DNA from: Paraspadella gotoi
Taxonomy: Eukaryota > Animalia > Chaetognatha
Length of the DNA stretch: 64,000 nt
Direction of reading: 5' to 3'
Assembly: GCA_051294375.1 (NCBI GenBank)
Contig: JBJCIZ010001662.1
Span: forward strand, 1-64,000
Below the pieces are notes generated by a model. It ran no database searches. It worked only from the letters and a program-made list of their open reading frames with translations, and had not been told where the DNA came from. Each line of letters starts with the position of its first letter. Position 1 is the first letter of the stretch. The position numbers were made by a program, and so were the translations under genes. Positions 1-12,400 of the stretch are shown in pieces.

Positions 1-1455
1 AAACATGTTAAAAAACTAACCAAATTTTTTCGAGCGCACGTAAACTGGGCGATCATATGCATCCATGCGCTCAAAATGTACATAAAATTTGGTATTAACG
101 TATCTATTTACTATGCGTTCCATTTTTGATATCTAATTATAAAGTAAAATTCAAAATAAATTTTTAATACCAAAATCTTCAAAAATAAAACAAATTCAAT
201 TTTTTTTAAAAATTGTTTTCATTGGTAAATATTTTAATAATAGTATATAAATGTATAAACATGTTTAAAATTATTTGGATAATATCTTTCTTTTCAAAAA
301 AANNNNNNNNNNCGACTAAAAATTCAATAATAATAAGTAAACTTAATGTTTAAACTAGTAGATTTAACAAAGAATAATTTGACTAGTTTATTATTAACCG
401 CTTTCCTTTTCTGCACTCTCCTTACTTTCACCTGTCCTCAAATCTGACCGCTGTCCTTTTCTCACTCTTTGTTGGAAGCTTTATCTCTCTTTCTCTCTCT
501 CTCTCTCTCTAACTCAATGTTAAGAGAAAATTTGTTTGATTGAACAAACGCTGTTAACGGTTAAAAATAATTTTAACTTAACCGTTAATATATTTATTTT
601 AACGGTTAATTTCGGTTAGTTTTAAAATGTGATTTTTTAAAATTTTTGGTATGAAATCTTGAAATTAAAAAAAAACTATTTTTTTCCTGTTCTCTCTTAT
701 TCTCCTCTCCCCTTCTCACCATATTTTTATCCCTCTCTTTCTTCTCCACTTTTTCCATGCTTTTTTCCTTTATTTTTTTTCTATCCTAATCTCTCTCTTA
801 TTCTTTCTTCCTCTTTATTTATCTCCTCCTGTTCCTTTCTTTTTCTTTCTCACTTTCCCCTTTTTTCCCCCCCTTCTTTTTTCTCCTTTTTTTCGCCCTT
901 TGCTTTTACTGTTTTCCTTTTTTTTGCCCTTCCATGCAATAATATATATTCTATTTAGCTAAAAATAAATAATCCCTCTTATTTTACTTTTTCTTTTTTT
1001 TTCTTTCCTTCTTTAAAACGATCAAAGAAGCAAATGAAATAAAACCAAATGAATGAAAAAAAAATCAAAAACCAAATAAAAAAAATTATTTTAAAAATTT
1101 TAAAAATTAATAATAGAAGGAACGAATCTTAGGCTGACTAAAACTATCCTTCATTAATGATGATATACTTTTTAATTTAACTGAAAAATATATTTATTAA
1201 TCAATAAATCTTTTGATCAATCGATAAATCAACCAGTTTATCAATAAATAAAAATTCATATTTATATTTATGGTCAATGACCATTGGTCCTAGTTTATGA
1301 AAGACTACAAAAATAATGAGGAAGAGAAGAAGTAGAGAAAGAGAAAGAGAAAACAAAATATAAAATTAGAATTTGATGGTATCCTTTTGTTTCATTGTGT
1401 TATGAGATTAGCAAAAATATTTGTTTTGTTACAACAATTTTATTTGACATAAAAA

Positions 1456-1494
1456 CAGACATGTTTCGACACTGTTTCAAGTCTTTATCAGCGC
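1456..1494 (-). ncRNA. Penelope-type minimal hammerhead ribozyme relic (core mutated)
   Basis: Minus strand reads CTGATAA-A-GAC-TTGAAACAGT-GTC-GAAA-CATGTC: hammerhead layout with a GUC cleavage triplet, but CUGAUAA in place of CUGAUGA. Confidence 0.55.
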
Positions 1495-2595
1495 ATTCTA
1501 GTGCCAGAGTTAAAGAGAAAATACCATTAAATACTTTAGTTTGTTTTAAATCTTAATATTTTAAATTTAAATTATAAAATTAACCGATCTTCACAGTTAA
1601 CTGTTAAAAATGTTAGTTTTAACGGTTAAGCGAATTTCCTAAAAAATTAACGGTTATCGGAACTCTATACCATCACAGAGGAATGAAACCCGGAAACAGA
1701 GAAAAGGATTAAGGAAGAGGATTCCGGAAGAGGAAGAAGATTCTGGAATGATTTCGAACGGGATTTTGGAAGCCAAATCCAGAAAAGGAACAATAGTTTC
1801 TGGAAGAGGAAAAGAAGGTTCCAGAAGAGGAAGAGGAGGATTCCGGAAGAGGAATCTGGCTTCGTCTACTTACCCTTTATAAATAGCCTCTGTTTCTGCT
1901 TTGATTCACTCTGTCTGAAAATTGACACCGTCTTCATGTCTATATTCTAAGAATAAAATTCCACTTTAGTTTCATATTGAAATCTCTATCTACTTACTTA
2001 AATGATACGCAACCACAACGAAAAGAAAGGAAATTCACGAAGTTTACATTTAAAATAGTCTTTTTATGTCAAAATATCCTAGCCAGAATTAGGGGCAAGA
2101 TGCTTAATTATAAACGAAGGATTCTTTTTATAATGGCTTTACCAATTTTATAATATATTAATCTTGAAAAATTCTTTAACTCGTGCTAAATATTCAAATA
2201 TATAATTATATTGACGTTTAATTTTTTCTGATAAATAGCTTTAAAAGAACCCTAACCTGTGTTAAATAATAACGAGAGAATATCAATCATTTTTAATAGG
2301 TCGCTCTTAACTTAATTTGCTATTCACGATTGATTAATATAAGGAAAATGATACTGATATTAAACATGCAAAACATAGGTTTAGGGTTATTTTTTATCAT
2401 TAAAATATATATTTATATATTTATAATTCCAACCCTGACCTCTGTATACTGTTTCCAGGGGTGTTTTTTACATAACCTTCTTTCGGTCTGATTTGTTTTT
2501 CTTTGATTTGTTATCATCAGTCAATGGCTCACCTGAGACGATGGTTTCATCACATTTCTTCCTTTTCTAACCGCGAGCGGCGCGACTTCCCCGGC

Positions 2596-2715
2596 AGTCC
2601 ACGACCCCTCTCTGAGCTTGGCCCCCAAAAGTTCAATCCCGTCAAATATTTCTCCATCGATCGGGTCTTCAGGAATGAGACCCTTGATGCCACCCATTTA
2701 GCGGAATTTCACCAG
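2596..2715 (+). CDS. FARSA: Phenylalanyl-tRNA synthetase alpha subunit, internal exon (5' boundary unresolved)
   Basis: Translates ..[36 protein letters not shown], the motif-2 region of eukaryotic PheRS alpha. It ends CAG|GTACT (GT donor at 2716, phase 0). Sequence upstream of ~2600 is too corrupted to place the acceptor. Confidence 0.9.
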
Positions 2716-3482
2716 GTACTAGCTTCCGCCTTAAATTTTTAAAATTTTTTACTCCTTTAGTTGCGCCGCGAGTACTCTCGATGCAACTCTAAGTCACTTT
2801 GTGGTCGGTCGGTATGTCTGTTGGTCTGTCCCACTTATGTTAAAAATGTTCATCAATTCAGTTCATATTTGGTAAGAAAGTATGGTAACATAACTTATGT
2901 CATAAGACCTTTGATGTGCATATGGATCATACTTAATTACTTATGCATTACTTATGCAGTGACGTCACTTTACAAAGCGATAATATGGCCTAAAATCCAA
3001 AGCAGCATAACTCATGAAATAATAAAGTATTTGAATTAATACTGGGCAGTGGGCAGACTAATAAGGTATGAATGATTGTTTATATTGCTTATAGGTAGCC
3101 ATAGCCAATGAAATTTAAATGCTAATGTATACAGCATTAAAATAATCTATAATGAGCATAGATTATGGTATTAAAATATTTTTTGTCAAAAATGCTTTCT
3201 TCTGAGGGTACTATCCTATATTACTATAAAGATAAAAAAAATTTTTTTTGAATACTTACAATTTTTTGATAGATTCTGATAGAGCATAAAAAATTAAACA
3301 AGAAATTTAATTACAGGTTTTAAAAATTCTTACTTTTTTTAAGTGAAAATGTCCATGGTATATCCTTTCTTTTCGTTGTTGTATAGAGATTTACAAGTGG
3401 CCAGCAGGGGGCTCCCCAAGTAACCGCTGACGTTGGCACATCCTCTACCCCCCAGAAGGATGGTTGGGATCTTGCTGCCGAA

Positions 3483-4110
3483 GTGCCAACCGCGCCCACC
3501 ACAGCGCAAATGGAAGATAGGCAGAAGCGTCCCAAGAACGTGGGTCACCTGTCCCTCCCCTACCACCAGGGGATCACTGATTCTTTGGTGCGGGTGCAAG
3601 CAAAGCAGGGGATCTCCACCTCAGTGACGACTCGCGGTTCTCTACGTGAGCAATTGGTGAAACCAAAAAATAAAAACCCCAGACAGAAAACATCAGGAGC
3701 CGTCTATTGGACAGCCTGTACAGAGGCGGGCAACCAAGCCTGTGCATCAGAATACGCGGGCGAGACAGGCAAGTCTGACAGACCGCATTCAGCAACACAT
3801 AGCCTAATCGCGATGCGAGAGGGCATTACCTATCTGCTGTAGCCGAACATACAGCAAACACTGGCCATCTATTTAGAGAGTCAGACTGTCTTGTGCTGTC
3901 CCATGACCCAAACTGGTTCTCAAGAACTATTAGAGAGGCGATTTACATTAAAGCCCTCGAGCCCTCTTTAAACCGTGATGGAGGACGATTCGGTCTCCCT
4001 CCAAGCTATGATACCCTTATCAAAATTGTGGTGGAGGCCCCGTCTCCACCATGTTCACACAATGACTCCCGTATCCACTCAACGAAACAGGCGGAGACCT
4101 TTGCGCAGGC
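3483..4110 (+). mobile_element. Penelope-like element fragment: RT thumb end plus GIY-YIG endonuclease, frameshifted
   Basis: LSLPYHQGITDSL..., GAVYWTAC...C..EYAGETGK (GIY-YIG) and ..EH...TGH...R.IREAIYIK..EPSLNRDGG..LP..Y are typical of the PLE C-terminus. They are split over ORFs 3483..3842 and 3893..4159. Confidence 0.88.
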
Positions 4111-4219
4111 AATGGGCAATAGAGTGGAGGACTCAAAAACAAAAAATTTACTTGAGTGATCGAACAAGGATATTTAGTTGTGAGATAATATAATAAACTA
4201 GTACAAAAAATATTTTGTT

Positions 4220-4451
4220 TGAAGAGACAGTGATAATTGTTGTGTTAATGACAGAACCGTTCCATATAAGCAGTCCCTGAGCTTCGGATCAGGCTGTAAC
4301 ACCGTGTTACAGGCGGGTTAAGCGCCTCGTCCTTCTTAATTGCCAGACGACCACCGGGCTAGAACCCCGGACCTTTGGGTTGGGAAGCGAATGACTTGCC
4401 TCCGGCACCATTGGCCGCTGATGAACGGTTGGTGGATTTTAGTCCACCATA
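4220..4451 (-). mobile_element. Solo LTR of the tRNA-containing TRIM
   Basis: Reverse complement of the 57242-57475 LTR, flanked by a TGTT/TGTT TSD. An empty-site paralogue of the host repeat is at ~16680-16720 (opposite strand). Confidence 0.88.
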
Positions 4452-4685
4452 TGTTCATATTATTTCGGGAATAGAATAGTAAAATATAATATATTTGAAG
4501 TAATATTCTTATAAAATAGTAAATTTTCAAAATTATTTCTTTAAAACTTTTAATAAAGATTTAGATTCTTCATAAAAAGTTGAGTCATAAATATAAAACA
4601 TGTTATCAAAAATTCTGTCATCTTCAGCGTTTAAATTGGAAAAAAGGTAAAAATTTTATTCTCTCTAGTAAAAACTTATATATAT

Positions 4686-7600
4686 TATTAGTACTGTTAT
4701 AAGATCGCCTCAGCTCAAAAATTCCCTAACTCCAGAACGCCCATGTTGATAACGGACTGCGTGATGTAGTGTAGCGCAGTGTAGTGATGTACAGATGTTA
4801 AAAACCTTTAACAACAATAATAATAATACAGACAATTATTCTTCAAGTTCATTTCTTATTTCTTACGTAGTAGGTATTCTCAGGGGAGTGTAGAAAAATA
4901 TCTTAATATCTTCGTTAACGGGCGATCCCTGGCGTTCTTTTTAACTGTACTGAGCTTTTCTAAAATGGTTGGCAACGAACTAACAAAGATCAGTATTTAC
5001 ATAACGACGCCAAGTATTGCACGCGTACGATCTCTCTTTACACTCCCCCTGTACGTATCACGGACACTAATACTTAAGAGAGGTCGTACATCTAACTGGT
5101 CTTCGCCCTAGCGGCATATGTCTTTGCTGCAGCATTCTATTCCCCTTCAGCATGCGACCCGAGTTCATATCCCCTCCCCAAATGCAAGGTAGTTCAGCAT
5201 GACGGCCCGTTTGACGCGTCTAGATCTTGTCGATCCCGTTGGCTCCGTACGGCCCGAACAGTTCGAACTCCCCCGTTGACATCCCAAGACGGCGTCACCT
5301 TCCCGTCAGACCGGCGTCATCTCCTTGACGATGATCCAAGAGGCGCCGCCGGCGTCGTCTCCTTGACGACACCGCGAACGGCGGCGCCATCTTGACGACG
5401 CCCACATAGCCGCCACCGGCGCCTCCTTGACGATGCCCAGCTTGAAGTCGCTCCCCCCGTGACGTCTTGTCCTCTCAGCCGGATCTGGAGTGCAACTTTG
5501 TGCATGCGTCGTTCACAAAAAGAGTTGAGGGTGCATGTCTTGGGTGCAGAAACCGATCACTAATATTGTCTCACTATATGGGTCTTAGGCTATTGAAAGT
5601 CTCATTCTTGGGGTTTCCTCCCCCTCTTGTTTCACAAGATCAAATTGTTTGTTTAGTTTATCATCACTGTATATAAAAAACAATCAAATTCAACAAAATT
5701 CTTTTCCTAACTAATTAACTCAGTTTCACATCTTTTCAAGACTGGTTTAAGCCTCATAAAATTTTCTTTAACTTTTTTTTTTTTTTTTTTGAAAGTTTTT
5801 CTGTCGTTGTTCTTGAGTCGTTTTTGTGACATAAGTTCGTTAGGTAAATAGAGTGTATTCTTGACTTTTACACTCATAACTTTGTTGCTAAGCAACTTCG
5901 ATCTCACTCTTTACTTCTAGTCTCAGAAACTTTCATTACTGGGCATCAAATTGAGATAAACAAGTCTAATTATCACTGCATCTGTCTTCTCATTGCTTCT
6001 CTTACTTTTACTTCATTTGTAAAGTTGAAAGGTTAACCTGGTCCACAAACTTTAATAATTTTGATTTGTTTTGACGACAACTCATCGTCATCTCTCTGAG
6101 CCATAGAAGACCGTTCCTCTTCCTCTCATATGGTCCTCTCAACTCATGTACATCCAAGCCTCTTGAATGTGTTCATTAATTTTAAACTATTCCAGAGTTT
6201 ACTTTTCACTCCAGAATATTTTTAACTCACATCTTTATCCTCTAGAATGTGAGTCCTCAGACGCAAAATTTTTCGTTTCCACCTGCAAGTTTGAAGCACC
6301 TTTTCCTAAGGCATCAAACTTTGTCAGCTGCTCCAAGCAGCAAGTTCGAAGGAGTCCTCCTCCTAGACACTCTTCCTCGTCTTTCTTCTTCCACTTAGAC
6401 GAGCATCATATACTATATTTTGTATTCTATCAATATTAGAATTTTTTTGACAGTGAGACCATTTGTGGAAAAAATTGATATCATAAATCTTTCTTAAATT
6501 TCCTTATTCTTCTCATTAAGCCTCATCTTGTAGCCCAGCAGTGTTTATTTGTCAGACACAGGGATTTTTTCTTTGTCCTTACATTTTATAACAAGTAGAT
6601 GCGATAAACCGTAGTGAGTTTGTGATTATGAGTTGGATCCAAACCGTAGTGTCATGAACCATAATCCTTTACATTTCCGTCTTATTGATCTCCTTACTTC
6701 ATAGAATGATTTGATGGGAATTAGAGAGAGAAAGCTGTGGGTGGAGGCTCCCCGACGCTCTCCATGTTCTTGACCCTGAAATTCAACCCAATGGGTTGTG
6801 CATCATCAGACTGAGTATGTAGTACAGCCTCAAAACTCAAAAGCTTGAAGTTAAGCTCAAAGGGTAGTATCAACAAAACTTCTCTTTTACGCAAACAATG
6901 GCAGTGCTTACTAATGGCCAGCAATGGGATTACAACCTCAGATGCCGCAATGTCTCCTTTATCACAGGTGGATGGATGGCAGATAGATCTCTCCTTAACA
7001 GTTTCCTCTTTGACAGCTCCTTTAGACAGTTCTCCAACAGCTTCTCCAAAAGCTTCTTCCGCTACATCCAAAGCAACATTTTCTGCAACCCTTTCCGCAG
7101 CTTTTTTCACAACTTCTACCGCAGCTTTTTCCGCAACTTCTATATCTTCTATCGAAACCTTTTCCGCAACTGCTTCCCAAACTTTTTTCTCAACTTCTTT
7201 AGAAACTTCTTGGGCAGCAACTTCTTCTGTACTGACTTTCTCTGCAGCAACTACTTCTTTTTCAGCAAGCTCCTTTGCAGCAACCTCCTTGGCAGTGACT
7301 TTTTCTTCAGCAACTTCTTTTGCAGCAACCTCGTCTGCAGCAACCTCCGCAGCAACTTTTTCCTTAGCTTCCTCCTCAGCAACTTCTTCTGTAGCAACTT
7401 TTTTAGGAGTATCTTCTTCTGCAGCATGTTTTTCTTTCGCCACTTCCTTTTCAGCAGCTTCTGCAGCAACTCTTTCTGAAGCAAGTTTTTCTCCGGCAAC
7501 TCTTTCTGCAGCAAATTCATTCGCAACAACCTCTTCTGCAGCAACCTCCTAAGCAGCAACCTTTGCAGCAACTTTTTTCTCAATGACCTCTTCCTCAGCC

Positions 7601-9452
7601 ACTTCTTCTGCAGACAGCATCGAAACTTTTGTGACGGGTTTCTCACGCAGCAGTTTCAGCTTCTGAATCGGTCCTTCATGCAGCGATGTCGAAACAACAG
7701 GTGGAACTTCCCGCGGCGCGAGTGAGGCCGTCGTCGTCTTCGTCTTCCACGGCAAAGGTTCCAGGTCGCGGAGGTCGGCTGCCGGATGATCCTCGTCGCG
7801 GCGTTTGCTTCGATGGCTTCGTGATGGCGCCCGTTCGCCTTCTGATCTGCCTCCACTTAATCTCTTCATCCTCTCCCTCTCCGCTCTCTCCTTTTTTTCC
7901 TCGTTTTTTCGTCTGTATTCTTTCTCCCATTCTCTATGATCTTCCACTGCCTTCATTATTCTTTCTTTTGTTCCCTTTCGAATTTCTTTCAATTTTGCTT
8001 CAAGCTCGTCCTCTTTTCTCCCCTCTCGTTTCGCTCTCTCCTTTTCACGTTCTACATCCATTTGCTCTTTCTCCCTCTCTAACACTATCCTCTCTTCCAA
8101 ACACTTTTCCAGCTCATTTACCAACTCTTGGCAGATCTTCTGGCGAGACGATTGAGATGACGTCGTTCCATTTTTTCGTGACGATCTGAGGGAGATTCCC
8201 GTCGCGGATCTCGGCTCGACGCGCGACTTGACGTGATCTCGAGGAGGAGTACTGAGAATAGGAGGGTGATTTTGTGGGGACGCCAAAACGGACGATGCGC
8301 CACCCATACAGACGGATTTCTCAAATTCCTCATCAGAAACCTCAACTATCTTGTCACCCGACGCGGCACTCGCTCCTCTAACAATCAATATGGGTCGTGC
8401 CCTCAATATGCCCGGTACTGAACGGTCAAAACTCTCATCTAATAACAGCCTTACGCAATCATTTCAAGTGCAGGGTTTGCCATGATAAATTGTGACAGTT
8501 CAATGTGCATTGTCCGGGCCATCTCGCGAGCCCATTCGACCCGCTCAACACGCCTGAACCTCCGACAAAAACTTTGGCATCATATATAATTTTAAAAATT
8601 TTTCGAGTATGCTTTACAATTCTCTCACAAACTGTCTTACTCCTTGCTCGTTCTGATTCTTTTTGTTGTTAAAAAATCCTGGTTTTATGGCCAAAGTTTC
8701 ATCGTCGCCACCGTGCGAAGATGGCATTTTTTTTGTAACTCACTTTGCGTAGGCTTCTGCTTCGGCCGTGTGCCAGACTTAATGGCCCGGTCACAATAGA
8801 CCCGGCCCTGATAGCGTTAAAAAATGTTTGGCACCCGGCAGGGCCCTGACGGTGGCTCCCGCGTTCCTCCAAACTCCTCAGTCGGTTCACAGCTAGAACG
8901 CGAACAAGGTTATGTTATGATTTAGACCCAGTTCTCGGAAGCCAAAGTCTCCCAAGTTCCAGGTTGCTTCGGTGTATTTTTATTTTAATTAGATAGTTTG
9001 TTGAGTTAGTTTAATTTATTAGTTTCCCGTTGAAGGTCCCCAAGTCTTTAATATTTAATCCCCGGATTATGACATTTACATTTTTAATATTTAGTACTGT
9101 TATAAGATCGCCTCAGCTCAAAAATTCCCTAACTCCAGAACGCCCATGTTGATAACCGGACTGCGTGATGTAGTGTAAGCGCAGTGTAAGTGATGTTACA
9201 GATGTTAAAAACCTTTAACAACAATAATAATAATACTCAGACAATTATTCTTGCAAGTTCATTTCTTATTTCTTACGTAGTAGGATTCTCAGGGGAGTGT
9301 AAAAAAATATCTAATATCTTCCGTTAACGGGCGATCCCTGGCGTTCTTGTTTACTGTACTGAGCTTTTCTAAAATGGTTGGCAACGAACTAACAAAGATC
9401 AGTATTTACATAAGCGACGCCCAGTATTGCACGCGTACGATCTCTCTTTACA
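4686..9452 (-). mobile_element. Non-autonomous LTR retrotransposon, ~4.8 kb, ~357-bp LTRs
   Basis: Direct repeats at 4686-5042 and ~9088-9452 (again at ~12279-12638 in the duplicated block). A PPT (AGGGGGAG on the minus strand) abuts the LTR at 5043-5050. TATAT TSD at 4681-4685 and 9453-9457. The empty host site is visible at ~16445-16470. No pol motifs or clear PBS seen. Confidence 0.8.
6721..8406 (-). pseudogene. Gag-like/coiled-coil ORF with E-V-A-A-K repeats inside the LTR element, broken by one in-frame stop
   Basis: ORFs 7549..8406 and 6721..7443 share a frame and are separated by one TAG (7549-7551) where the repeat predicts AAG/GAG. A charged coiled-coil segment precedes the low-complexity repeat. 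Confidence 0.55.
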
Positions 9453-12400
9453 TATATTAAAACGTTTTAGTCATTTTTTGTTATCCAAACATTAAAACAT
9501 CATATAATGCCTCTCCCTCAACTGCAGCAACTCATTCCCTCTCTCGACAGGCGTACCAGGCCAGAGAGACATTAGGGTAGCCTTTAGACTCTTCCCGTAA
9601 GGAAGCCTCCTAGTCCAACACACACAGGCTCGACCAACATGTCCTCTCAACCATTGACGCATCAATGACTCGACCACATTGTCAGGGCCTTTGATTTGCT
9701 CCAACCAAAGGGGCCAGCTCATTTTGAGCTCCTTTCTTAATTCTTAATTCTTGAATTTTCATTTTTCATATTAACTCACATCTCTCAAATTTCATTTTTT
9801 TCACTTTTCATTTTCACATTCACTTATTTATTTAGTAGTTAATTGTTAAGAAAAAGGGTCATTCAATTCAACTTCAAAATAGTCTAAAATGGAGTACAAA
9901 TTCACAAAGCTGAGCTCCTGGCGATTCCGAATGTATTCATTTTAAGCATTTGATGCTGTTCTACCCCTTTATATCGGTTTTTAGATTTAATTATAAATAT
10001 AATAGAAACCTATTCTGAAGAAGTTCAGGTCAAACGAAAAGGCCAATCATCTGATATTTGTTTTATGAATTCTGTTATTACTGAATTTAAAAATGTAATA
10101 TGAGAGAAATTTTTAAATTTGCACTGTGTATCTCTTGAAAATAAGATTTTTAAACTTTAACCCTGAATTCTTTTTAACTGGAACGCATTTATCAAAATGT
10201 TCTCTTATTCTTTACAAATGTTTTTAAGATTGCTAATCAATATTTTTAATTCAATGATTATTACAGGTCGTTTTAGGGCCTGCAACTCTTCAAATTCATG
10301 TAGACTTCATGTAAGCTTCGAATTTCTTTACCAATCTCTTAAGCTTTACATGATTTGTTCATGACTGGAACCAACAAGAGTAACGAGATTAATTGTTTAA
10401 TTTCTTCCCCATTCTAAACTAATCCATTACCGTGTTTTTAACTTCTTACCTTAGAATTTTTTAACAACCAGATTGAAAAACAAATTTTTATAAAATGTGC
10501 TTACCCATTTACTTAACATTTTGTTATTTACCCATTTAAAAAAAATTGATTGAAAACAGAATGAGACACAAATAAATAAAACGTTATTTGTTTGATGATT
10601 ACTGATGACTATATGTATTGTCTCGATATATGATAGCCTTAAGTGGAAAGGTCATTCAGCATAACAATTACGTAATCATTGATGTATTAGAGCTAATACA
10701 TCGATGAAATACATCGTAATCACCAGTAATCACCAAAAAAATTTTTTATTTATGATGTCAACATTGTGTTTTATTTTTTTTTTAAATCGGTAAATAAGAA
10801 AATTGTTATACTTAATCGGGTAAGTCACATTTTTTAAAGATTTTTTTCAATCATGTTTGTTAAAAATTCTAAGGTAGAGAAGTTAAAACACTGTATGGGT
10901 GTAGTTTGAAGGGGAGAATAAGAACATTAATTCGTTATCTCTGTTGGTTTTCCAGTCATGACAAAATCTTCAGTTAAATAGATGGTAAATGAAATTGCGA
11001 GCTACAAGAATCTACACTGAATTTGAAGAGTTGCAGCCTAGACGACTGCAATAATATTGAATTAAAAATTTGATAGCAATCTTAAAAACATTTGTAAAAA
11101 TGTAATAGAGAGACATTTTGATAAAACGCGTTCCAGTTAGAAAGAATTCAGGGTTAAAGTTTAAAAAACGTTTCATTTTCAAGGATACAAGTTGAAATTT
11201 AAAAAATGTCTCTCTATTACATTTTTCTAATTCAGTAATAAAAATTCATAAAAATATCAGATGGATTGGCCNNNNNNNNNNNNNNNNNNNNNNNNNCACT
11301 TTTCCAGCTCATTTACCAACTCTTGGCAGATCTTCTGGCGAGACGATTGAGATGACGTCGTTCCATTTTTTCGTGACGATCTGAGGGAGATTCCCGTCGC
11401 GGATCTCGGCTCAACTGCGCGACTTACTGATCTCGAGGAGGAGTACTGAGAATAGGAGGGGATTTTGTGGGGACGCCAAAACGGACGATGCGCCACCCAT
11501 ACAGACGGATTTCTCAAATTCCTCATCAGAAACCTCAACTATCTTGTCACCCGACGCGGCACTCGCTCCTCTAACAATCAATATGGGTCGTGCCCTCAAT
11601 ATGCCGGTACTGAACGGTCAAAACTCTCATCTAATAACAGCCTTACGCAATCAGTTTCAAGTGCAGGGTTTGCCATGATAAATTGTGACAGTTCAATGTG
11701 CATTGTCCGGGCCATCTCGCGAGCCCATTCGACCCGCTCAACAGCCTGAACCTCCGACAAAACTTTGGCATCATATATAATTTTAAAAATTTTTCGAGTA
11801 TGCTTTACAATTCTCTCACAAACTGTCTTACTCCTTGCTCGTTCTGATTCTTTTTGTTGTTAAAAAATCCTGGTTTTATGGCCAAAGTTTCATCGTCGCC
11901 ACCGTGCGAAGATGGCATTTTTTTTGTAACTCACTTTGCGTAGGCTTCTGCTTCGGCCGTGTGCCAGACTTAATGGCCCGGTCACAATAGACCCGGCCCT
12001 GATAGCGTTAAAAAATGTTTGGCACCCGGCAGGGCCCTGACGGTGGCTCCCGCGTTCCTCCAAACTCCTCAGTCGGTTCACAGCTAGAACGCGAACAAGG
12101 TTATGTTATGATTTAGACCCAGTTCTCGGAAGCCAAAGTCTCCCAAGTTCCAGGTTGCTTCGGTGTATTTTTATTTTAATTAGATAGTTTGTTGAGTTAG
12201 TTTAATTTATTAGTTTCCCGTTGAAGGTCCCCAAGTCTTTAATATTTAATCCCCGGATTATGACATTTACGTTTTTAATATTTAGTACTGTTATAAGATC
12301 GCCTCAGCTCAAAAATTCCCTAACTCCAGAACGCCCATGTTGATAACGGACTGCGTGATGTAGTGTAGCGCAGTGTAGTGATGTACAGATGTTAAAAACC

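Noticed and set aside
659-958. 99-aa Phe/Ser/Pro-rich membrane protein ORF
   Set aside because: It is a pyrimidine-rich low-complexity tract, probably low-quality sequence.
4410-4451. CTGATGA followed by a hairpin on the antisense strand of the TRIM LTR as a hammerhead ribozyme
   Set aside because: No GAAA or stem III follows the hairpin, and the element ends there.
6845-7646. ORFs 6845..7552, 6898..7479 and 7251..7646 as separate genes
   Set aside because: They are alternative-frame or antisense shadows of the low-complexity repeat in the minus-strand ORF.
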